Below are positions 1 through 7,169 of a DNA stretch of 32,000 nucleotides, piece after piece. The notes beneath the pieces were generated by a model that saw only the letters and a program-made list of their open reading frames with translations, ran no database searches and was not told the origin of the DNA. The stretch lies in assembly GCA_002794465.1 (NCBI GenBank), contig MTSL01000126.1, positions 67,160-99,159 of the forward strand, written 5' to 3'. The position numbers and the translations under genes are program-made. The first letter of the stretch is position 1, and each line of letters opens with the position of its first letter. The DNA is from Paramicrosporidium saccamoebae KSL3 (taxonomy: Eukaryota > Fungi > Cryptomycota).

Positions 1-1
1 T

Positions 2-340
2 GCTCTCTATTCGCCCGATCGGTTCCTCTACAATCCCATCAAGACAAATCGCACGCGGGTTGTGGTGTTGGCAGGGGCGCTTGATCTGGTCACTCCGCCC
101 CCCGCCACCATCAAATGGCTGGCCAACATTACCGCCCGCGCCAAGACGCTGTTATTGTATAATGACATGGGTCATGCCCTTGCTCCTACTGCTCCCTGTC
201 TGAATCTTCTTTTCCGGGCCATCACCCTCTCCGCGCGACGCTATATGCCACTCTTACGACGCTGTCTTCAAAAACACAATGCGTGCAAAACGGGTTGGAA
301 CTTTGATGGCGAATACTCGTTTGCCCGCAATTGGTGGTGA
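2..340 (+). CDS. 3' part of an alpha/beta hydrolase (S33/TAP-like family); 5' end lies outside the window
   Basis: Frame is open from base 2 (ALYSPDRFLYNPIKTNRTRVVVLAGALDLVTP...). GALDLVTP (catalytic Asp) and MGH (catalytic His), a Cys pair and a terminal WW align with the C-termini of the hydrolases at 1137 and 5207. It stops at WW* with no transmembrane tail. Confidence 0.8.
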   Translation, partial: ALYSPDRFLYNPIKTNRTRVVVLAGALDLVTPPPATIKWLANITARAKTLLLYNDMGHALAPTAPCLNLLFRAITLSARRYMPLLRRCLQKHNACKTGWNFDGEYSFARNWW

Positions 341-435
341 TGTCGTGGTGGAGATGCCACGGTAGCAGCCAATAAAACACGCTCAAACATTGACCATAAC
401 ACTGGCCATAACACCAGTTATAGTATCAATTGATA

Positions 436-855
436 ATGCTCCACATGTTAAGGAGGGGTCGGCAGTACACTGTTAACAGTCGGAACTTGGTGCTCGACCT
501 ACTGGTGGATCTTAGCAGACGAGTGGCCCATTTGGAGGGACAGGTCCGCGTCCTTTCCGAAACCCAACGGAAATTGCAATCTGTCCAAACCCTCCTCCAA
601 TTTGGCGAACACTTCAAGTCCCTGCACCTGCAGCTCATTAAACGCGGCGGGATTGAAGACCCGACGATGCGAAGAGCCTTGAGACGTCATGGAATTAGCG
701 TAACCGATGTGCTCCGGTTGGCGGAAATATGTCAAAAACGCAACGAGGTTGCCCATCCGACCAGCGTACCAGACTTGACTGACACTGATGTGGAAATTGT
801 CCGGTTATTTGTCAAGATTCAAGGATTTCTAAAGGCCACTGAGACGAAACTATGA
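436..855 (+). CDS. Small orphan protein: N-terminal coiled coil plus HEPN-like R-x4-H motif
   Basis: The ORF track starts at TTG 430; the first ATG is at 436. Heptad-like segment LSRRVAHLEGQVRVLSETQRKLQSVQTL, then LAEICQKRNEVAHP with RNEVAH at 739-756. No signal peptide. Confidence 0.6.
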   Translation: MLHMLRRGRQYTVNSRNLVLDLLVDLSRRVAHLEGQVRVLSETQRKLQSVQTLLQFGEHFKSLHLQLIKRGGIEDPTMRRALRRHGISVTDVLRLAEICQKRNEVAHPTSVPDLTDTDVEIVRLFVKIQGFLKATETKL

Positions 856-886
856 GGGTCAGCATGAAATAGGAGGGTGTCTGAAT

Positions 887-1017
887 GTCAATATAGCGGG
901 CACTTTTGAATTTCAATATAGCGGCTACTTTTGGAGTTCAGTGTAGCGGGTACTTTTGAATTTCAACATGGCGGATACTTTTAGATTTCAATGTACCATG
1001 CCGCCCGGAGTTCAATG
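887..1017. repeat. 25-bp tandem repeat, 4 good copies plus 1 degenerate
   Basis: Units start at 887, 912, 937 and 962 (consensus about TTCAATATAGCGGGTACTTTTGAAT); a degenerate unit starts at 987. Confidence 0.85.
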
Positions 1018-1065
1018 CAATGTTCTGTCTCTTTTAACTTTTAACTTAAAATGCAATTCCCACTC

Positions 1066-1122
1066 TGATTGGCTGGAGAATAAACAAACGTGACATTGTT
1101 TATACATTATGGCCTGATTGGG
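1066..1122 (+). promoter_or_regulatory. Two reverse CCAAT boxes upstream of the hydrolase ATG
   Basis: CTGATTGG occurs twice, with ATTGG at 1068-1072 and 1117-1121. CCAAT/ATTGG motifs also lie upstream of the ATGs at 3056, 5207 and 12724. Confidence 0.35.
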
Positions 1123-1136
1123 CAAGGCAAATTTAC

Positions 1137-2819
1137 ATGCATCTTCTATCCATTATCATTGCAATCTTTGCCATAGTCTTTAAAGACGTCTTGGCTGGCG
1201 CTCCCAAGCTGAGCTGGGTTACGGCGAGCGCGGGGGGCTGCAAATGCACAAGTCTTTCTCCCTCCTCCACTGTGCTCACCGTCCCGGCCCAATACACTCC
1301 CCCGGGGGGCGAGGTAAGACTCTTCATCAAACGCTATATGACCAGTGGCAGCACAGCCACCACTCATCTGATCATGCTCCCTGGTGGGCCAGGCCAGTCC
1401 GAAACCATCCTGGAGGGCCATGTCCAGAATATTGCCAATTTCCTGGGAGGCTCAGTGGCACTATATCTGGTAGACATGCGAGGGGTTGCCCAATCCCAGC
1501 CCATCGTTCCCCAGGGCGACTTTTCATGGCGGAACAATCTAGACGCTGTGGCAAAGAGCGCTCCCTTTCCAATAGGCACCATCACCCTCTCCAATGCTGC
1601 CCAAGATGTGCTGCAGTTAGCCAAGGCCATCAAGGCTTCTCCTGAATTTGCCGCTGATTCAAAACTTTCCGTATTTGGCGTCTCATTTGGTGCTGTATGG
1701 GCCTACCGGGCGCTGCAGCTGGACAGCTCACTCTTCCATGCGGCCATTCTGGACGGCATTCTGGCCTTTGAGGGCTTATTCGATCCTGAAAATGACGAAT
1801 CACTATTTGAAAACTGCGCCCGCCATCCATACTGCAAGGAACAGTTTGGCGGTGATCCAAAGAATGCTCGGAAAATGTTTGCAGAGATTTTGAATCCGGC
1901 TCTAAATGGATGCACTGCCATCCTCGACCAGGTGTTGGGGAAGATGAAAAATCAACAAATGTCACGAGAGTATCGACTCTATGAATTGCTGCTGCCCCTA
2001 TTGGAAGGAAGCAAGTCATTGGGCAATCGATACCATTCCACTCAGCTAATGCTCGCCTTTATCAAGACCACTCACCATTGCGCCACCCCAAGTGCATATG
2101 GAGCCATCATCAGTGAAGTGGCAGGGATGGGTGGTCACACTGCTGCTGGCGTGATTGCACGCGCTGCTGATGCAAGAACAATGAACATGCTAGTCAACAA
2201 TCTGCTTTTCTGCAGTGAGCCATATAACCTCACAGCCGGCCCTACGTCCCCCTCTTGTGGAAAACCAACTCTCATGCATCATTGCATGACTCGTTTTGTT
2301 TTCAATGCGCAATATCAGTCTCTCCTCAAGCCATACGTTGTACCCCGGGATCCCATATGGAATAAGAAGCCAAGCGGGGTCAAACTGTACTTTGTGCATG
2401 GAAAAGTGGACTTGGTGACGCCGTATCGCGCGGCAGCACGACTGGCTCAATCGGTTGGCGGACGTATGTTGGCCTATGACAATTTGGGCCATTCGCTCAT
2501 CAGTGCAGGGCAATGTGCTCGGCCCATTTATCGAGAGGCGTTGTTGGGTGAGTCTTCTGGTGCCACTAACTCGTGTCTCGCCACCGTGAATAGTGCCCCT
2601 CTGGACTGGACCTTTAGAATGATGCCAAAATACACTGCATGGTTTGACTCTGCCATTGATGCTAACAAACATTACATTCCCGATCCGCCCAATCCATCAG
2701 GCGGAGGTGGTGGTTCTATCCTTTGGATTGTGTCAATCATGGCAATATTGCTCATTGCCGGTGGTGCAGCGGCGGTATTCATGTGGAAGCGAAAGGCTAC
2801 ACCCAAAGTCGCCGAATAA
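1137..2819 (+). CDS. Secreted, membrane-anchored alpha/beta hydrolase (prolyl aminopeptidase S33/TAP-like)
   Basis: Signal peptide MHLLSIIIAIFAIVFKDVLA; oxyanion PGGPG; DMRG; nucleophile GVSFG; LDG; GKVDLVTP; LGH; C-terminal TM helix ILWIVSIMAILLIAGGAAAVFMW followed by KRK. Confidence 0.85.
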   Translation: MHLLSIIIAIFAIVFKDVLAGAPKLSWVTASAGGCKCTSLSPSSTVLTVPAQYTPPGGEVRLFIKRYMTSGSTATTHLIMLPGGPGQSETILEGHVQNIANFLGGSVALYLVDMRGVAQSQPIVPQGDFSWRNNLDAVAKSAPFPIGTITLSNAAQDVLQLAKAIKASPEFAADSKLSVFGVSFGAVWAYRALQLDSSLFHAAILDGILAFEGLFDPENDESLFENCARHPYCKEQFGGDPKNARKMFAEILNPALNGCTAILDQVLGKMKNQQMSREYRLYELLLPLLEGSKSLGNRYHSTQLMLAFIKTTHHCATPSAYGAIISEVAGMGGHTAAGVIARAADARTMNMLVNNLLFCSEPYNLTAGPTSPSCGKPTLMHHCMTRFVFNAQYQSLLKPYVVPRDPIWNKKPSGVKLYFVHGKVDLVTPYRAAARLAQSVGGRMLAYDNLGHSLISAGQCARPIYREALLGESSGATNSCLATVNSAPLDWTFRMMPKYTAWFDSAIDANKHYIPDPPNPSGGGGGSILWIVSIMAILLIAGGAAAVFMWKRKATPKVAE

Positions 2820-3055
2820 CCGCCAAAGCGGGTGGAATGACAGGTTAAGAATGATCTATTTTTCTGATACTTTCTTAATCCGACCCTATTTCGATATCCT
2901 CTATGCACGGCTATGTCTCTAAGTAAATTCTGTAATTTTTCTTGACAAGATGCAATCTTTAGATCGATCTCGTATAACATAATTGGTAGAAGCAATCAGA
3001 TTGGCCATGCTGTGAGCTGGGATATAAAGCAGTTTGTGACGCAGCATGCAGCAGA

Positions 3056-3897
3056 ATGATTGTATCAATCGCCTCGCTTTTCTGCCTTTTTGTTACGTTC
3101 ACTGACGCTAGTCGAATTCTGGTATGGCTGTGGCCACTCTTAATATGTAGAGAAATGGTGGCATTCCAGCATCAGCCGGACCGATTATGCTGACTAATGT
3201 GTTAACTATCGGTACTTTTAATTCAAAAAATCCTACTTCTACGTTGAATTCATCCACTGATGGAAAGCGACGAAAATCCATACCAAGAGTCCGCACCTTG
3301 CTAGACAAGTCTGTTCCTGCCGGTCAAAAGGAAGCAGTGAACGGGGCAGAGCCCAAGAAAAAGAGCAAGAAAGCGCAACCTGCCAAGTCTGGCTCACGTG
3401 GCTCTGGCAAGCGCCCATCCAGTCCCGCTACCACATCCCAGTCTTCAAGGGCGAGCAATAGAGCTGCATCTTCCAGCTCCTCTTCGACTGATTTTCCTGT
3501 CCCGGACTTGAAGAGCACTGCTACAAAGTCTTTCGAAGAGTCCTTTACAAAGAGCGTCAATCAATCTCTAAGGTCATACCACAAGTCTGTGAAAGATGCT
3601 TACAAGGCCAAATTGCATAGCAAGATTCGTGCCCAGGGGGACTTGGAGCAGCAATGCAAGAAGCTGCAAGACACCCTCAACAAAAAGTTGAGCGAGAACC
3701 AAAAGTTAAAGGCCGAGCTGAAAGAGTCTAATCAAAAATTGCACGAGTTACAAAATGCGGTTGGGACGGCACGTAACTTTATAAAGTCGGCACTACGATC
3801 CAGTAAGGTAATCCAGAAGTCGGATGGTTGCGAGAGTGAAGCGAAAGAGTCCCCTGAAGAATCTGAATCCAGCGCGGCTAGTGATTCTTCCTCGTAA
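3056..3897 (+). CDS. Secreted Ser/Lys-rich orphan with coiled coil, about 270 aa, 2 exons (3056-3121, 3151-3897)
   Basis: ATG 3056 gives signal-like MIVSIASLFCLFVTFTDA. A 29-nt intron GTATGG...ATGTAG (3122-3150) joins in phase 0 to the 3187 ORF frame. TATA-like GATATAAAG lies at 3021-3029. Basic clusters KRRK and PKKKSKK, C-terminal coiled coil, acidic Ser tail. Confidence 0.7.
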
Positions 3898-4144
3898 AAG
3901 TATTAATCTGTTCTGGCCACCACGAAATCTTCTAATTTCAGAATATGGGATGAGACCAAGTTGCTAATAAAACCCATCTGCTATTCAATCTTGTGTTAGT
4001 CGAGTTAGGTATCGTAAAAAATTGTCGTGTGGTCGCGGAATTGCTGTAAAATGGTAGAATGATCAGCTGATTCTTTGTAGCCAATTATATAGCGTCTCAA
4101 GTCATAATCTGCACACGGGCCCTTGCCGGGGTCATTCTGGTCTA

Positions 4145-4684
4145 ATGAAGTTCATTGCCACTTCCGTCTTATTCACGTCTGTTGTCGCAGTCCTATCAAA
4201 GGCAAAATTTGGTGACGAGCTGCGCCAACTGCAACACGAACTTGTTAGTAACAATGCTGGAGTAGCCGCCATTTCACAACAGCTCGAGGGATGCCCGGAG
4301 GGCCAACTGACTGAGTGTGCTCTGGGCCTCCTAAGCCAGTATGGAGAGGTGGACCCCGCTATCCGTTTTAACCTGGAAACTCTCGGAAACTCTGCCACGA
4401 GCGTCCGTAGCGAGTTGCAGAGTTGCTCCGCCACGGGTAACCAGGAGGCGTGCAAGAACAGTGCCACTACCAAGGCGCTCCCTGAACTCGTAAAGAATGC
4501 CAAGCAAGTCTTGATGACTGTGAAAATGGCGTACCCTGGGGCATTTGAAATTCCCGAGATGCGCAAGTTGGAGGCAATACTGGCCAAATATGAAGCAGAT
4601 AACGAGTCAACTGACTTTCAAGACGAGCTCAAGGAGAGTCTCCAGACGCTTGAAACTCGCTTCCGAAGCTTTAGCATTGCCTAA
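4145..4684 (+). CDS. Secreted helical orphan protein, 179 aa, 4 Cys
   Basis: Signal peptide MKFIATSVLFTSVVAVLS; two Cys pairs (C-x7-C, C-x8-C) in similar helical contexts. Confidence 0.75.
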   Translation: MKFIATSVLFTSVVAVLSKAKFGDELRQLQHELVSNNAGVAAISQQLEGCPEGQLTECALGLLSQYGEVDPAIRFNLETLGNSATSVRSELQSCSATGNQEACKNSATTKALPELVKNAKQVLMTVKMAYPGAFEIPEMRKLEAILAKYEADNESTDFQDELKESLQTLETRFRSFSIA

Positions 4685-5206
4685 TCCTAAGGTTAGAATG
4701 AGTAAAGATTTTCAATCTTGACGTGTAAAGTTTAGTTAGCATGCACTGTAGCTCGGCAAGCCAATAATATAATTGAAAGTGTAATGTCCCTTCTTTATTA
4801 TTAGCGTTAAGGCTGTGTTGTACAAAAGCCAAACCAAGCAGAAATTTTATTTATAAGTTGATATAAAGATCTGTGGGGGGGGGTTTTTTTAGTAAAAACT
4901 CTTTACTGGGAGGTTTGTAGTAAAGAACCATTTATCCAAAATCTGTCGATATGATGCCAATGTACTTTCTCAGTGAACTATTTACATGATGTATTCTTTA
5001 GAGTAGATTATCTATCGCAAACCTGTCAACATGATAGCAATATGCTTTTCGTAATGTACTATTCATATGCTTACTTTCACTATCTCTCACTACCTCACTC
5101 CCACCCACCATCACCCGCTCCTACTCCCATTCTTACCCGCCTGGACCATGTGGCCCAATCGTGTTTAGACTTCATTTAATTGGTCAACCAATCAGGGTCA
5201 TCAATA

Positions 5207-6898
5207 ATGAAGCTATTCGCGTTGGCCGTCTTCCTTGGCGTGGCCTCGGCAAAGAACCTCAAATGGGAAACTTACAAGCCAAAGGATGTTGACGCAACGA
5301 AATACATTATCACTGCAGCCAAGCTGAACACTGGCCAAAGCCACGAAACAAGAGTTGTCAGGTTCTCTCGCGGCCATCCCTCTGCACACATTTTTCTGCT
5401 CCCTCCGGCACCTGGACAGGGCGCAAAGTACTGGGAATCCGAGGTGGAAAAGCTAAGAGCAGTGTATGGAGAGGATTTTGTGTTGTATGCAGTCGACCTA
5501 AGGGGCACGACAAACGGGACGCCATTTTTCGATGAATCATCTGGGAACTGGAACTCGCTGGACGAGGACCTCAAGTCGCAGAGCGGCAAGTTGTCAATTT
5601 CGTCGTTGAATGTTAGTGGAATGGCCAGTGATTTAGAGAGACTTGTGAATCGAGTAAAGGACGATCCCGGATTTGCCGGCAAAGTCTATCTTCATGCCCG
5701 CTCCTTTGGGGCCCTAATTGCCAAAAAAGTGCTGGAAAGCTCTGATAAGACTTATTCTGCCGTAGTTTTCGAATCCAGCCTGGTTCCTGGCTCCTGGACA
5801 CACATCCAGAATGACTCTAGTTTCCTAAAATTGTGTGAAAGTGACGACTTTTGCAGGCACCAGTTTAATGGAATGAGCCCACTCCAAATGCGAAACGCTG
5901 TGGCCTCTATTGGGTCACCAGGATATAACGAATGCTCCACTGCTCTCATGGAAACGCTGAAGAAGGAATCCATCGGCCTGCTGCCTTCAGATGCATCCGA
6001 TTGGGTTCGAGTTCAGGAATTCCTGCAGCCATTCTTTCAAGGCAAAATTCAGATTGGCGACTATCATTCGGCCATGATCACCCTTCCGTTTCTAAGTGCA
6101 ACATATCTCTGCCCAAGCGTCGATACATACAAAAAAGATATTTTGCCAAAGATGATAAAGTTTGTCAAGGACGCAAAGAATCCCTTTTCACGATACACCA
6201 CGTTCGGCTCCGAGGTGGATATTAACCGTTTTGCCAACGCTTATTTGATGATGTACGAAGTGTTTAACATGGGGCTCGAGAAGGATCATCCGTGCCAAGG
6301 AGCGGCCCCCTTGGGGCTGGCCTCGCCCTGCATCCTCTACAAATATTACCACAAATACATTAAGCAGTTCAAAAAGATTTTGGGGAAGCATTCGCATGAC
6401 TATTCCTCTGTCAAGAACAGTAATACGAAAATGTTCTTTATCGGCGGGGCATTGGACCTTGTCACTCCGCTCTCTACAACATCCGAGTTTCATGACAAAT
6501 CGACTGGCATGGAAAAGCGCCTGCTTAAATTCCAGAACCTCGGCCATCATCCACTGAACAAAGGCGCCTGTGCAAGGGAGATTGGACGGGAGATTTTGGG
6601 AAAAGCTGGCTCTGGTGATACTGATGCTTGCATGAAACGTGCTAATGCTGAAAAGCTTGATTGGAAGATGCCAAAGATTAGCTACATTTCAAGCTGGTGG
6701 TCTGGCAAGGAACTAGCACCTAGCACGACCGTTCCGCCCAAAGTCGACGTAGATGATGGGAAGAGCAAGACCAAAGCATTGTATTATGTTGCCCTTGTAG
6801 TGGGAATTGTTGCCGTATTGGCAGTTACCGGACATGTCTGCTATACCCTGTACACGCGGCGAAAGGCTCGAAATGACGATACATATAGTGTCGCCTAG
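5207..6898 (+). CDS. Secreted, membrane-anchored alpha/beta hydrolase paralog (S33/TAP-like), divergent active-site motifs
   Basis: ATG 5207 gives signal MKLFALAVFLGVASA; PPAPG; DLRG; ARSFG; GALDLVTP; LGH; TM helix ALYYVALVVGIVAVLAVTGHVCYTLY followed by RRK. Confidence 0.85.
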   Translation: MKLFALAVFLGVASAKNLKWETYKPKDVDATKYIITAAKLNTGQSHETRVVRFSRGHPSAHIFLLPPAPGQGAKYWESEVEKLRAVYGEDFVLYAVDLRGTTNGTPFFDESSGNWNSLDEDLKSQSGKLSISSLNVSGMASDLERLVNRVKDDPGFAGKVYLHARSFGALIAKKVLESSDKTYSAVVFESSLVPGSWTHIQNDSSFLKLCESDDFCRHQFNGMSPLQMRNAVASIGSPGYNECSTALMETLKKESIGLLPSDASDWVRVQEFLQPFFQGKIQIGDYHSAMITLPFLSATYLCPSVDTYKKDILPKMIKFVKDAKNPFSRYTTFGSEVDINRFANAYLMMYEVFNMGLEKDHPCQGAAPLGLASPCILYKYYHKYIKQFKKILGKHSHDYSSVKNSNTKMFFIGGALDLVTPLSTTSEFHDKSTGMEKRLLKFQNLGHHPLNKGACAREIGREILGKAGSGDTDACMKRANAEKLDWKMPKISYISSWWSGKELAPSTTVPPKVDVDDGKSKTKALYYVALVVGIVAVLAVTGHVCYTLYTRRKARNDDTYSVA

Positions 6899-6960
6899 AA
6901 TAAATACTTGATACATGCAAGGTGTGAGTTGATAATTGATTGGGGGGCTCTTTATTGAGG

Positions 6961-7003
6961 ATTAATCTAACGTCAGGTCGATACGATACGTCGTTAGATT
7001 AAT
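6961..7003. repeat. Perfect 12-bp inverted repeat (possible hairpin) between the hydrolase and myosin genes
   Basis: ATTAATCTAACG (6961-6972) and CGTTAGATTAAT (6992-7003), 19-nt loop. Confidence 0.6.
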
Positions 7004-7169
7004 ACTAGACGGATTCTCTTTCGGTTCGATTCATAAGCCCTTTGATTTGTAAATCCGCTTGATTCATAAACTTGCTCATAGACTCACTATAGACTCGATG
7101 ATTGGCTCGTCCAAAAAGGGAAAACAATAAAATTGTTTGGTTGTTATTGCTTCTGGACCGATTCTTGCT

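Noticed and set aside
4973-5179. 68-aa ORF upstream of the second hydrolase
   Set aside because: It has a GTG start, low-complexity C-rich sequence and no recognisable motif; it is probably promoter DNA.
7023-7032. GGTTCGATTC, resembling a tRNA T-loop or Pol III B-box
   Set aside because: The flanks do not form a T-stem, and no acceptor, D or anticodon arms are present.
7081-7092. GACTCACTATAG, the 3' 12 nt of the T7 promoter
   Set aside because: The upstream TAATAC and downstream GG are absent and there is no other vector sequence; treated as a chance match.
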